From an uncultured Alphaproteobacteria bacterium (lineage in GTDB: Bacteria > Pseudomonadota > Alphaproteobacteria > Methylaequorales > Methylaequoraceae), in the NCBI GenBank assembly GCA_902523675.1, contig CABZAL010000003.1, positions 8,571 to 72,570 on the forward strand: a DNA stretch of 64,000 bases, given 5' to 3'. Numbering within the stretch: the first letter of the stretch is position 1; every line of letters begins with the position of its first letter. Shown here piece after piece: positions 1 to 9,802 of this stretch. The position numbers and the translations under genes were made by a program. The notes below the pieces were generated by a model that saw only the letters and a program-made list of their open reading frames with translations, was not told the origin of the DNA and made no database searches.

Positions 1-1032
1 AGAAACTACCGCCAAAATAGTTGCAAATGCAACGGCTGAAATAAAACCTAAAAATACATCACCACCAATAGCATGAGACAAATGAATAGCTGCCATATTA
101 TTTGATCCAATTAAATTACCAGAACTGCCAATATAATCTTGACTTCCAGTTAATAGTATTATTGCTCCAAAACCTATAATAAATGTTAAAATATAAAAAT
201 ATCCTATAAATCCTGTCGCATATGCTGCCGATATTCTAGCACTTCTGGCGTTTGGAACTGTAAAAAAACGCATAAGAATGTGTGGTAATCCAGCCGTACC
301 GAAGATCAAAGCTATTCCTAATGAAATTGCTGAAACTGGATCAGAAATTAGCTGGCCAGGAAATAAAATATTGTTTCCACTAGAATGAATTTCTGAAGCT
401 GTGGAAAAAATATTATTTAGACTAAATTCATAATTTTTAAGAACTAAAAAAGCTAAAATACTAGCTCCTAATAAAAGCAAAATTGCCTTAATAATTTGAA
501 CCCAAGTTGTCGCAATCATACCACCAAAACTCACATATAAAATCATTAGAATACCTACGACCCATACTGCGAAGTCGTAGGGAAGTCCAAATAAAGTTTG
601 TATAAGTCCTCCTGCACCTACCATTTGTGCAATTAGATATAAAAGAACAGTTGTAAGGGTTCCGAATACTGCTATAATTCTTGTTTTTTTTGGCTCTAGT
701 CTAATTGAGGTGGCATCAGCAAATGTATATTTACCTAGATTCTTAAGTTTTTCAGCTAGAATAAACAAAATTATTGGCCAACCAACTAGAAATCCAATTG
801 AATAAATCAATCCATCAAAGCCTGAATAAAAAACTAATCCGGAAATACCTAAAAAAGATGCAGCTGACATATAATCACCTGCGATTGCTAAACCATTCTG
901 AAAACCAGATATTTTTCCACCCGCTGCATAAAAACTATCTTTACTTTTAGTTTTTTTTGATGCAAAAAAGGTTATTACAAGTGTTATAAAAACAAAAGTC
1001 AAAAAAACTATCGAAGCATAAAAATTACTCAT
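1..1032 (-). CDS. actP: cation/acetate symporter ActP (sodium:solute symporter family), 5' part only; gene runs off the left edge of the window
   Basis: Not in the ORF track because it is open at the window edge. My own translation of the minus strand from ATG 1032-1030 gives 344 codons without a stop: [10 protein letters not shown]...[23 protein letters not shown]...[10 protein letters not shown]...[15 protein letters not shown]...[17 protein letters not shown]. This is colinear with E. coli ActP as I remember it. The start overlaps the stop of the DUF485 gene (TAATG). Confidence 0.9.
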   Translation of the reverse strand, partial: MSNFYASIVFLTFVFITLVITFFASKKTKSKDSFYAAGGKISGFQNGLAIAGDYMSAASFLGISGLVFYSGFDGLIYSIGFLVGWPIILFILAEKLKNLGKYTFADATSIRLEPKKTRIIAVFGTLTTVLLYLIAQMVGAGGLIQTLFGLPYDFAVWVVGILMILYVSFGGMIATTWVQIIKAILLLLGASILAFLVLKNYEFSLNNIFSTASEIHSSGNNILFPGQLISDPVSAISLGIALIFGTAGLPHILMRFFTVPNARSARISAAYATGFIGYFYILTFIIGFGAIILLTGSQDYIGSSGNLIGSNNMAAIHLSHAIGGDVFLGFISAVAFATILAVVS

Positions 1033-1316
1033 TAAATTCTTTCTCTTATTTTATCAAGGATCTTATTTGCTAAAAGAACGTAAATAATTGTTAAAAAAAT
1101 TGAAAAAACAATTATCGAAAAACCATAAATAATTCCTATTGTGAATTTAGAATCATTTAAGAAAAAAGAAAAAATATTTGGTTTAAAACCAATAATAATT
1201 ATAAAAACAAAATAAATTAATAGAATAAGGAAGGTGAATGAAAAACTTAAAAAATTCTGTTTTTTAACTAATTCATTAAAGTCTTTATTATCAAAGTTAA
1301 TTTTTTTTTTCATCAA
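1032..1316 (-). CDS. DUF485 / YjcH-like small inner-membrane protein that accompanies ActP
   Basis: 94 aa with two hydrophobic helices ([22 protein letters not shown] and [24 protein letters not shown]). It lies directly upstream of actP with a 1-nt overlap, the same pairing as E. coli yjcH-actP. Confidence 0.7.
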   Translation of the reverse strand: MMKKKINFDNKDFNELVKKQNFLSFSFTFLILLIYFVFIIIIGFKPNIFSFFLNDSKFTIGIIYGFSIIVFSIFLTIIYVLLANKILDKIRERI

Positions 1317-1321
1317 TATGG

Positions 1322-1345
1322 AAGCCAGATCCTAAGATCTGGCTT
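1322..1345 (-). terminator. perfect 10-bp stem / 4-nt loop hairpin between the aldehyde dehydrogenase stop and the DUF485-actP start
   Basis: aagccagatc-ctaa-gatctggctt read directly. It is one of the very few GC-containing hairpins in an intergenic spacer here. There is no clear U-tract on the minus strand, so intrinsic-terminator function is uncertain. Confidence 0.35.
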
Positions 1346-1363
1346 TATACTTATTAAATATAA

Positions 1364-2881
1364 TTACAAATTAACTGTAACTGCTTTTAATTCAGTGTAA
1401 GCATGAAGAACTTCATGACCCATTTCTCTTCCCCAACCAGATTCTTTATATCCACCAAAAGGAAGTGAAGCATCAAAAATGTTATGACAGTTAATCCATA
1501 CTGTTCCAGCTCTAATTTTTCCTGCTAGCTTATGAGCTGTACTAATATCTTTACTCCAAACACTTGCAGCAAGACCATAGTTAGTATTGTTAGCCGCTTC
1601 AGCTATTTTATCTAAATCTTGATCAGAAAATGGCTGAGCACATAAAACTGGTCCAAAAATTTCTTCTTTTACTATTGACATGTCTGCATTTGTTTTTGCA
1701 AATACAGTTGGATGTACAAAGTGACCACCTTCGGAATTATCATATTTTCCACCGGCAAGTATTTCACCACCATCAGATTTTCCTGATTCAATATATCCTG
1801 AAACTTTTTGGAATTGTTCATTAGATACTAATGGTCCCATCTCAGTTGAAGTGTCCATACCAGGACCAACTTTTATGTTCGAAGCAATCTTTGAAATCCC
1901 TTCAGCTACTTTATCAAATATTTTTTCATGAGCCATTAATCTTGATCCTGCACAGCAACATTGACCGTGATTAAAAAATATTGCGCTAGCTGCGCCAGCA
2001 ATCGCTGCATCAACATCAGCGTCTGGAAAAATTATCGTAGGGGATTTACCACCTAACTCTAAAGAAACCTTTTTTAAATTTCCAGCAGCTGCTTGTGTGA
2101 TTAGCTTCCCAACTTCTGTTGACCCTGTAAATGCCACTTTATCTACATGTGGATGAGCGGCTAAAGGAGCACCTGCTTCTTCACCCAAACCAGTAACAAC
2201 GTTCAAAACACCTTCGGGTAAAATTCCTGCATCATTAATGATTTCTGTAAGTCTCAAAGCAGATAATGGTGTTTGCTCAGCAGGTTTCAAAACAATTGTA
2301 CAACCAGCTGTAAGTGCAACAGACAGTTTCCAAGCTGCCATTAGTAGTGGAAAATTCCATGGTATTATTTGACCAACTACTCCAACTGGTTCCCTAAGTG
2401 TATAACTATGATACTGAGCTTCAGGTGTGTATGGTACCGATATCGGAATAGTTTCGCCTTCTATTTTTGTTGCCCAACCAGCCATATATCTAAATATATC
2501 TGATGATAATGCTACATCTGCAGCTCCAGCAATTGCAACTGGTTTACCATTGTCTAAGGATTCAAGTTGAGCTAATTCCTCTGTATGTTCATCTATTAAA
2601 TCACCAATCTTCCAAACAATTTTTCCTCTTTCATTAGGTGGAATACTTCCCCATCTATTTGAATCAAAAGCTTTTCTAGCAGCAGTAACTGCAAGATTGA
2701 TATCTTCTTCTGCTCCAGCTGAACATGTTGCAATTTTTTTGCCTGTAGCGGGATCTTCAACTTCAAAGGTTTTTCCAGCTTTGGAATCAACCCAGTCACC
2801 GTTAATATATAATTTTTTGGTTTGCGACAAAAATTTTGCCACATTATCATTTACGCTATAATTTAATATAGATGCATCCAT
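1364..2881 (-). CDS. NAD(P)-dependent aldehyde dehydrogenase (ALDH superfamily; betaine-aldehyde/acetaldehyde dehydrogenase-like)
   Basis: 505 aa. ALDH hallmarks are present: IVLKPAEQTPLSAL, the catalytic Glu motif LELGGKSP and the catalytic Cys motif FFNHGQCCCAGSR. Confidence 0.9.
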   Translation of the reverse strand: MDASILNYSVNDNVAKFLSQTKKLYINGDWVDSKAGKTFEVEDPATGKKIATCSAGAEEDINLAVTAARKAFDSNRWGSIPPNERGKIVWKIGDLIDEHTEELAQLESLDNGKPVAIAGAADVALSSDIFRYMAGWATKIEGETIPISVPYTPEAQYHSYTLREPVGVVGQIIPWNFPLLMAAWKLSVALTAGCTIVLKPAEQTPLSALRLTEIINDAGILPEGVLNVVTGLGEEAGAPLAAHPHVDKVAFTGSTEVGKLITQAAAGNLKKVSLELGGKSPTIIFPDADVDAAIAGAASAIFFNHGQCCCAGSRLMAHEKIFDKVAEGISKIASNIKVGPGMDTSTEMGPLVSNEQFQKVSGYIESGKSDGGEILAGGKYDNSEGGHFVHPTVFAKTNADMSIVKEEIFGPVLCAQPFSDQDLDKIAEAANNTNYGLAASVWSKDISTAHKLAGKIRAGTVWINCHNIFDASLPFGGYKESGWGREMGHEVLHAYTELKAVTVNL

Positions 2882-2885
2882 AATT

Positions 2886-2891
2886 TCCTCC
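2886..2891 (-). promoter_or_regulatory. Shine-Dalgarno GGAGGA for the aldehyde dehydrogenase
   Basis: Plus-strand tcctcc equals GGAGGA on the minus strand, 4 nt upstream of ATG 2881-2879. Confidence 0.5.
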
Positions 2892-2964
2892 GTTAAATTT
2901 TAATTTAATTTATAATAACTATATTAAGTAATTAAATCAAATATTAACTATCATTATAATTATG

Positions 2965-3894
2965 TTATTCCCATTCTAGTTCTGAATATGCTTTTGTCAC
3001 ATTGGATTGGTGGTATTCCTTATAAAGTTTCCAATTTTCTATATTCTCTCTTGCAATATTTTTCTGAGCAGATTCTATAGTTTTCCCTTCCAAGTGATAT
3101 TGTCTGACCTCATTTATTATTCGTTCAAAATAGGAAAACATTGGTTTAAGTGCTATTTCTTTTTTTTTAACTTTTCCATGCCCAGGAACAATTTGTCTGA
3201 TTTTTATTCTTTGTATTTTTTCTAGATTTTTTTTCCAACCGATTATACTTGCCCTTATTGATGGAGTTCTTCCAACAAATACATTCTCTGTCCACAACGT
3301 AAGAGTTTTATTGTCAAAGATTGTTAAATCCGAATCTGTATGCCCACTGTTCCATGCTCTAATATCTATTTCTCTATTTCCTAAATCAATTCTTAAAACA
3401 TTATTTTTTTTAATGTTTATGTCAGGAAAAACAGGCTTAATGTTTAAAATAGATTTATCTTCAATATTAGATGCTTGAAGGGCTTTGTAAAAATTAAAAT
3501 TCATATTTATTGATCGTTTTAGATTTTCATGTCCAATAAATGGTATGTGTAAATTTTTAAATATCGAGCTTCCTAGATAATGATCGGGATGACCATGAGT
3601 AATTACAACGTGAGAAATTGGTAGACTAGTTTTTTGCTTAATTTTTTTTAATAGATTTGTAGCTATTTTTTCAGTACCTCCAGTATCAATAACTAAAACT
3701 GACTTTTCTCCCACAATAAAACCTATATTGGCAATATCTCCTTTATTACCTGCGTTACTGTCTTCTTGAACACCAAAGTGAACAAACACATTATCATCGA
3801 TCTCACTCACCGCAAATTCTGATGATGATAAATATTGTGGTTTGAGGTATGAAAAGATAGTTATAAAACTAAAGCTTAGTAGGATTCTCAGCAT
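2965..3894 (-). CDS. exported metallo-beta-lactamase-fold hydrolase (SoxH-like periplasmic MBL)
   Basis: 309 aa with a hydrophobic N-terminus (MLRILLSFSFITIFSYL). Zn-binding HxHxDH motif VVITHGHPDHYLG, plus later GHTDSD and PGHG. The 5' end overlaps the hisI 3' end by 26 nt. Confidence 0.75.
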   Translation of the reverse strand: MLRILLSFSFITIFSYLKPQYLSSSEFAVSEIDDNVFVHFGVQEDSNAGNKGDIANIGFIVGEKSVLVIDTGGTEKIATNLLKKIKQKTSLPISHVVITHGHPDHYLGSSIFKNLHIPFIGHENLKRSINMNFNFYKALQASNIEDKSILNIKPVFPDINIKKNNVLRIDLGNREIDIRAWNSGHTDSDLTIFDNKTLTLWTENVFVGRTPSIRASIIGWKKNLEKIQRIKIRQIVPGHGKVKKKEIALKPMFSYFERIINEVRQYHLEGKTIESAQKNIARENIENWKLYKEYHQSNVTKAYSELEWE

Positions 3895-4339
3895 TTTTAT
3901 AAACTATCTTTGGATCGAAAATTTTTTCTCTTTCAGTAAACTTCAATTTATTTTTCTTAGTATCTTTAAAACAGATCTTTCTGTAGAAACAAGATTTGTA
4001 TCCTACATGACAACTCGCACCGCTACCAGCAACTTCAACTTTAGCTAATAAACAATCTTGATCATCATCAATTCTTAATTCAATAACCTTTTGTGTGAGA
4101 CCACTTGTCTTTCCCTTTCGCCATATACATTTTCTACTCCTAGACCAGTAGTGAACGAATTCTGTTTTGATTGTTAATTCAAACGCTTCATGATTCATGT
4201 AACCGTGCATCAAAACTTCATTATCCACATAGTTAGTGGTGATCACGGGAATCAATCCATTGTTGTCAAATTTAGGCTGTAGTTTCTTTCCTTCCTCTAC
4301 CTCTTCTACATTTACTCTTTTACTGAAGAATGTTGACAT
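3869..4339 (-). CDS. hisI: phosphoribosyl-AMP cyclohydrolase (monofunctional HisI)
   Basis: 156 aa. GLIPVITT...EVLMHGYMNHEA...YWSRSRKCIWRKGKTSG...DDDQDCLLAKVEV...ASCHVGYKSCFY matches the HisI core, including the Cys/Asp metal ligands. Confidence 0.85.
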   Translation of the reverse strand: MSTFFSKRVNVEEVEEGKKLQPKFDNNGLIPVITTNYVDNEVLMHGYMNHEAFELTIKTEFVHYWSRSRKCIWRKGKTSGLTQKVIELRIDDDQDCLLAKVEVAGSGASCHVGYKSCFYRKICFKDTKKNKLKFTEREKIFDPKIVYKNAENPTKL

Positions 4340-4342
4340 AAA

Positions 4343-4954
4343 TTAATTGTTGATAAAATTAATAAATTTGTTTTCAAACTTTATATCATTTTTAAAACTT
4401 CCAAGAAAACAAGTCGTAACGGTGGAGACATCTGGTTTTAACACACCTCTTGTTGTCATACATTGGTGATAAGCTTCAATATAAACGGCAACACCTTTTG
4501 GTTTCAACGTTTTTTGAATAATTTCTCCAATCTGTTGAGTCATTGTTTCTTGAGTTTGAAGTCTTTTTGCGTAAATATCTACTACTCTGGCTAGCTTTGA
4601 TATTCCTACAACTCTCTTTATTGGTAAATATGCTAAATGAACCTTACCAATTATTGGAACCATATGATGCTCACAATGGGAGTGTAAAGAAATATTTTTT
4701 AACATCACAATATCGTTATAACCGTTGACCTCGTCAAAAGTTTTATTTAAGACTTCTTCAGGAGAAGACTGATATCCGGCAAAGAATTCTTTGTAAGCAT
4801 TAATAACTCTTTTTGGAGTGTCTTTTAATCCCTCTCTTTTAGGATCATCACCAGCCCATTTAATCAAGGTTTCAACAGCTTTTTCTGCATCTTCCCTAGA
4901 AATCTCATTTTTGTTAGAAATCGGTAATTTTTTTTTTGGTGTAACAGCATCCAT
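4343..4954 (-). CDS. folE: GTP cyclohydrolase I (type 1)
   Basis: 203 aa. Carries the signature [21 protein letters not shown] and [12 protein letters not shown]. Confidence 0.92.
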   Translation of the reverse strand: MDAVTPKKKLPISNKNEISREDAEKAVETLIKWAGDDPKREGLKDTPKRVINAYKEFFAGYQSSPEEVLNKTFDEVNGYNDIVMLKNISLHSHCEHHMVPIIGKVHLAYLPIKRVVGISKLARVVDIYAKRLQTQETMTQQIGEIIQKTLKPKGVAVYIEAYHQCMTTRGVLKPDVSTVTTCFLGSFKNDIKFENKFINFINN

Positions 4955-5103
4955 TTGGAATCCTTTTTTTTGGTTTTTTATTATCGTAAAATTGTTATAA
5001 TATCTAAATTGTTATTAAAAAAAAATATTAAAGATCTTTTTAAGTGTTCTTTCTCCTAAACAGGTAATATTACTATGGATATTCTATCAAATCTTAACGT
5101 ATT

Positions 5104-6756
5104 ATGAAATATAAAATTATTAATGGTTATTTATATGATCCAACTCAAAATTTTAACCGAGTTAAAAAAGATATTTATGTTGATGGTAAAATCATTGTTG
5201 AGCCAACAAAAAATCAAATTAACCAATTTGAAAAAACCTATGATGTAAATGGTATGGTAGTCATGGCTGGAGGAATAGATATTCATTCTCATATTGCGGG
5301 TGGAAATGTAAATAATGCAAGACTTTTAATGCCTGAGATTCATAGAAACTTTGTAGAGAGAACCTTGAAAGGAAGAGAAAACTTAAAAAGTGGACACTCT
5401 AGATGGACTGTTGATGGAACAGGTTATAGGTACTGTGAAATGGGATTTACAACTGTAATTGAACCAGCTGTACTTCCAATAAACGCCTTTTTAACTCAAC
5501 TAGAATTAGAAAAAATTCCTCTTATTGATAAGGGTGGGTTGGGAATTGTAGGTAATGATAACTTTTTATTGGAAAGCTTATCAAAAAAAAAAGGGCAATC
5601 ATACATTGATGACTATGTGGCTTGGACAATTAATTCTTCAAAATGTTTGGGACTTAAAGTAATAAATGCTGGTGGATCAGAAATTTTTAAAAGTGGTGAA
5701 CAATCTGAGTCTTTTTCTTTAGATGATATAGTACCTGCATACGGGGTTTCGTCACGACAAATTCTAGAAACAATTAATATCGCAAATGAGAACCTTAAAA
5801 TACCTCATCCTGTTCATGTACATTGCAACAACCTTGGAATGGCTGGCAATGTTAAATCTATTTTAGATACGATTGAAGGCTCTCAAGGAAGAAGAATGCA
5901 TTTAGCTCATATTCAATTTTATGGATATGATGATAAGGGAAAAAAAGGATTTTCTTCAGGTGCTAGACATTTAGCAGATAGTATCAATAAAAACCAAAAT
6001 ATAACTGTGGATATAGGCCAAATAATGTTTGGTCGTACTGTAACTATTTCATCAGATATTTGGAAGCAAAATAATGCAAAGTCACATGCAAAGCCAAATA
6101 AATGGCTAATTTCAGAAGTTGAAGATGGGGGTGGGGGAATAATTCCATATGATTACAAACAAAAAAATTTTGTGAACTCTCTTCAGTGGGTAATAGGATT
6201 GGAATTATTTTTGATGATAAAAGATCCTTGGAGAGTTTTTTTAACAACTGATCATCCTAATGGAGCTCCTTTTACTTCATACCCAAAAATAATGAGACTA
6301 CTAATGGATTTAGATTATAGGATTTCGGAAATTGAAAAAATCAATAAAACTGCAGTAAGTATAAGTAATCTTAAATTATTGAAAAGAACCTACAGCATGT
6401 ATGAAATTTCAATAATGACTAGAGCGGCACCAGCAAAAATTCTGGGTTTAAATGATAGAGGTTCATTAAAGCCAGGTAAGATAGCTGATATTTCTATTTA
6501 TGATCCAAAAAAAAATATCGATGATATGTTTAGTTATGCAAAATATGTTTTTAAAGATGGAGTTAATGTAATAAGAGATGGTAAAATTATAAATATTCAA
6601 AAAGGAAGAACAAAAGCAATTAAACTTAATTTTGACAAAAAAATTCAAAAAGATATACAAAAATGGTTTGATAAGTATTACTCAGTAAAAATTGAAAATT
6701 TTGTAGTAGATGATACTTTCTTTGACGAAAATAATTTTTCTTACTTCAATAGCTAA
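5104..6756 (+). CDS. formylmethanofuran dehydrogenase subunit A / FhcA-like amidohydrolase-fold protein (orphan)
   Basis: 550 aa. The N-terminal beta-sandwich leads into GGIDIHSHIAGG, followed by PHPVHVHCNNLG and TTDHPNGAPF. This is the FwdA/FhcA-type amidohydrolase pattern as I recall it. No B/C/D subunits are nearby. Confidence 0.65.
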   Translation: MKYKIINGYLYDPTQNFNRVKKDIYVDGKIIVEPTKNQINQFEKTYDVNGMVVMAGGIDIHSHIAGGNVNNARLLMPEIHRNFVERTLKGRENLKSGHSRWTVDGTGYRYCEMGFTTVIEPAVLPINAFLTQLELEKIPLIDKGGLGIVGNDNFLLESLSKKKGQSYIDDYVAWTINSSKCLGLKVINAGGSEIFKSGEQSESFSLDDIVPAYGVSSRQILETINIANENLKIPHPVHVHCNNLGMAGNVKSILDTIEGSQGRRMHLAHIQFYGYDDKGKKGFSSGARHLADSINKNQNITVDIGQIMFGRTVTISSDIWKQNNAKSHAKPNKWLISEVEDGGGGIIPYDYKQKNFVNSLQWVIGLELFLMIKDPWRVFLTTDHPNGAPFTSYPKIMRLLMDLDYRISEIEKINKTAVSISNLKLLKRTYSMYEISIMTRAAPAKILGLNDRGSLKPGKIADISIYDPKKNIDDMFSYAKYVFKDGVNVIRDGKIINIQKGRTKAIKLNFDKKIQKDIQKWFDKYYSVKIENFVVDDTFFDENNFSYFNS

Positions 6757-6760
6757 GGTT

Positions 6761-9700
6761 TTATTGTTTAAAATGGTTTTGTCTTGAATAAGGTGCAATT
6801 AGCCTGTAAAAAAACGGGGTTACAATTAAAGTTAAAAAAATTGAAAATAAAATGCCAAATATTATTACAATTCCAATTGTTTGTCTAGATTCACTGCCTG
6901 CTCCTGAGCCAATTATAAGCGGGATAGCACCTACAATAGTTGAAAATCCTGTCATAATTATTGGTCTAAACCTTTTTTTACATGAATGATATATTGAAGA
7001 CGAGATATTTTCTCCCTTTTCCCTGAGTTGATTAGCAAATTCAACAATAAGAATTCCATTTTTTGCTGAAATTCCTATTAGTATAATTATACCTATTTGA
7101 CTAAAAATATTTAAAGAACTTTCAAATAACCATAAACCAAAAATTCCACCGCAGATTGACAACGGAACCGAAATCATAATAATTACAGGGGTAATAAAAC
7201 TTTCAAACTGAGCTGATAATACTAAATATACAACTAGTAGGGAAATTATAAAAAGATACAACATTTGTTTAGATGAATCTTTATATTCTTTACTTTGACC
7301 TTTGTAGTCGATTTTAATATTTCCTTTATTTTTTTCTTGAAGTATTTCTTCAATAAAATTTATTGCCTCACCCAGCGAATAATCTTTTTTTAAGCTAGCC
7401 TTCAGTGTTATTGCTCTAATTCTGTTAAATCTATTAAGTTCTTTTGCAGCAGAATTCTCCTCAGTGTATATTAACGAGTCAAGTCTTATTAATTCTCCAT
7501 TAGAAGATCTAACCATGATTTGGCTTAGATCATTTGGCAGCTCTCTCTCTGAACTTAAAGATTGCATAATGATATAATATTCTTCTCCTTTATCGATAAA
7601 TGTATTAACTTTTCTTCCTCCAAGTAAAACCTCTAGAGTTCTTCCAACTTGATTAGTAGTTACTTCTAAATCTGAACTTTTTTTTCTATCAATAAAAACT
7701 TTTAATTGGGGTCTATTTTTTTTATAATCAGTATCAACAAACACAAAGTTTTCGTTTTTTTTAATTTCTTGCACAACTTTATTCATTAATTTATCTATTT
7801 CCTCATAAGAATCTCCCCCTAAAACCAATTGTAATTGTGAGCCTGATCTTCTTTGTCCAAGACTTCTTGGGGGGAATATTTGAATACGAGCATCTGATAT
7901 ATTTTGAGTTTCTTTCCTTATTTCTGAAATAATCTCCCAAATTGAACGTCTTTCATTCCAATGATTAAGTACAATGATTCCTATGCCATCACTAAAATTC
8001 TCCGCACCGGAAAAACTTCTGGGTACTCTTAGCAAAATTCTGTTAGCTTCATTTTTTTTGTTAAATTCAAGTAATTTTTCCTCTAAATTTAACATTTGTT
8101 CGACAGTATTATTATAACTACTACCTTCCGGTCCATTTAGAACCATAAAAAATGCACCCCTGTCTTCTTTAGGTGCAAGCTCTTTTGAAGTATTACTAAC
8201 AAAAAAAATTGAAATGGTTACAAGACAGAGAATAGAAACTAAAATTGATTTATTTTTATTTATAATAATTGGTAAATTTTTTTCATAGATATTTTGAAGT
8301 TGTTTTTTTGATACAAGTTTTCTATTAAGATTTAAAATTTGAGAACATAACATTGGGGTTAGAGTTAACGAAATTATGGTAGAAAAAAATATTGCACCAA
8401 TAATTGTTATTGCTAATTCATCAAAAAGTTTAGCAGTATCACCTTGCAGAAAAGCAATTGGAATGAAAACACTTATCAAAATGATTGAAGTTGAAACGAT
8501 TGCAAAAAAAACTTCCTTAGCACCACTTATTGCAGCTTTAATACTACCTTCACCTTCCTCTAATTTTTGGTAAATATTTTCAAGCATAACAATTGAATCA
8601 TCAACAACTAAACCAGTGCATAAAACTAATGCAAGAAGCGTAATTAAATTTATAGAAAACCCAAAAAGACCAAGCAATATAAAACTTCCTATCAATGAAA
8701 TTGGTACCGTCAAGAAAGGTATAAGTGCAGATCTAAAATTTTTTAAAAAAATAAATATGACTAATGTTACTAAGAAAATAGCTAAGCAAAGTGTAAATAT
8801 TACATCACTTAACGCTTCAGAAACAAAGAGGGATGTATCGTAACTTTGATAAATTTTAACATTGTCTGGTAGAGCCAACTGAATCTTTTTAAATTCTTCT
8901 TTTATTCCTTTTGCAACTTTTATTAAATTTCCTGAGGTTTGTTTGACAATCCCCAAACCAACCATTTCTTCGCCATTACCTCTAAATAGTTGACGTGGTT
9001 CTTCAGCCCCAAATTCTACTTTTGCAATATCTTTTAATCTAACAAATGAATTGCTCACATCTCTTTTAACAACAAGATTTTCAAAATCTTCAACATTGTT
9101 TAAAGTTGTTAAAAATCTTACAGTAAAATCTCTTGTATCTGATTCTAATCTACCAGCTGGAAATTCTACATTTTCTTCTAAAATCTTTTTTTCAATGTCA
9201 AGAACAGTTAAATTATAAAGAGATAATAATTTTGGATTTAACCAAATTCTTAATGATTTTTTTTTTTGTCCTGATATTCTTATTCTTGCTACACCCGGAA
9301 CAACCGATAGTCTATCTACCAAAAATCTCTCGGCGTATTCAGTTAATTCCATTTGACTAAGACTTGTGGAAGTTAAATTCAACCACATTATTGCATCAGC
9401 ATCAGAATCAATTTTATATATTTCAGGAGGATCAGAATCTTTTGGAAGCCTACCACTTATTCTAGATATTGAATCTCTTACGTCATTCGCAGCCTCATTA
9501 ATATCTTTAGATTGGTTGAACTCAATTGTAATTTTAGATCTTCCGTCTCTACTAACTGAATTAATGGATCTTATTCCCTCGATACCACTGATTTGATTTT
9601 CAATAATTTCTGTTATCTTTGTTTCGATAGTTGACGCAGCGGAACCTGAATATCTAGTATCAATTGTAATTTGAGATTTTTCAATATTTGGGTATTGTCT

Positions 9701-9802
9701 TAAGGGCAGATCAATTAAAGAAAGATATCCAATAAGCAATAACAATAAACATCCAACTATACAAAAAACAGGTTTTCTTATAAAAAATTCAGAAAAAGTC
9801 AT
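6761..9802 (-). CDS. RND efflux pump inner-membrane permease (AcrB/AcrD/AcrF family)
   Basis: 1013 aa. N-terminus FFIRKPVFCIVGCLLLLLIGYLSL..LPLRQYPNIE, two large periplasmic loops and 12 TM segments. Overlaps the upstream membrane-fusion gene by 4 nt. Confidence 0.9.
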   Translation of the reverse strand: MTFSEFFIRKPVFCIVGCLLLLLIGYLSLIDLPLRQYPNIEKSQITIDTRYSGSAASTIETKITEIIENQISGIEGIRSINSVSRDGRSKITIEFNQSKDINEAANDVRDSISRISGRLPKDSDPPEIYKIDSDADAIMWLNLTSTSLSQMELTEYAERFLVDRLSVVPGVARIRISGQKKKSLRIWLNPKLLSLYNLTVLDIEKKILEENVEFPAGRLESDTRDFTVRFLTTLNNVEDFENLVVKRDVSNSFVRLKDIAKVEFGAEEPRQLFRGNGEEMVGLGIVKQTSGNLIKVAKGIKEEFKKIQLALPDNVKIYQSYDTSLFVSEALSDVIFTLCLAIFLVTLVIFIFLKNFRSALIPFLTVPISLIGSFILLGLFGFSINLITLLALVLCTGLVVDDSIVMLENIYQKLEEGEGSIKAAISGAKEVFFAIVSTSIILISVFIPIAFLQGDTAKLFDELAITIIGAIFFSTIISLTLTPMLCSQILNLNRKLVSKKQLQNIYEKNLPIIINKNKSILVSILCLVTISIFFVSNTSKELAPKEDRGAFFMVLNGPEGSSYNNTVEQMLNLEEKLLEFNKKNEANRILLRVPRSFSGAENFSDGIGIIVLNHWNERRSIWEIISEIRKETQNISDARIQIFPPRSLGQRRSGSQLQLVLGGDSYEEIDKLMNKVVQEIKKNENFVFVDTDYKKNRPQLKVFIDRKKSSDLEVTTNQVGRTLEVLLGGRKVNTFIDKGEEYYIIMQSLSSERELPNDLSQIMVRSSNGELIRLDSLIYTEENSAAKELNRFNRIRAITLKASLKKDYSLGEAINFIEEILQEKNKGNIKIDYKGQSKEYKDSSKQMLYLFIISLLVVYLVLSAQFESFITPVIIMISVPLSICGGIFGLWLFESSLNIFSQIGIIILIGISAKNGILIVEFANQLREKGENISSSIYHSCKKRFRPIIMTGFSTIVGAIPLIIGSGAGSESRQTIGIVIIFGILFSIFLTLIVTPFFYRLIAPYSRQNHFKQ

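Noticed and set aside
4955-5103. Longest intergenic region (149 bp). It has an extended -10-like TGTTATAAT (around 4991-4999) and a 10-bp palindrome AAAGATCTTT (5030-5039). I considered a riboswitch or operator ahead of the FwdA-like gene.
   Set aside because: The region is almost pure A/T, so such matches are expected by chance. I could not fold any conserved riboswitch-like structure or recognise a known motif. Covariance-model searches (Rfam/Infernal) would be needed.
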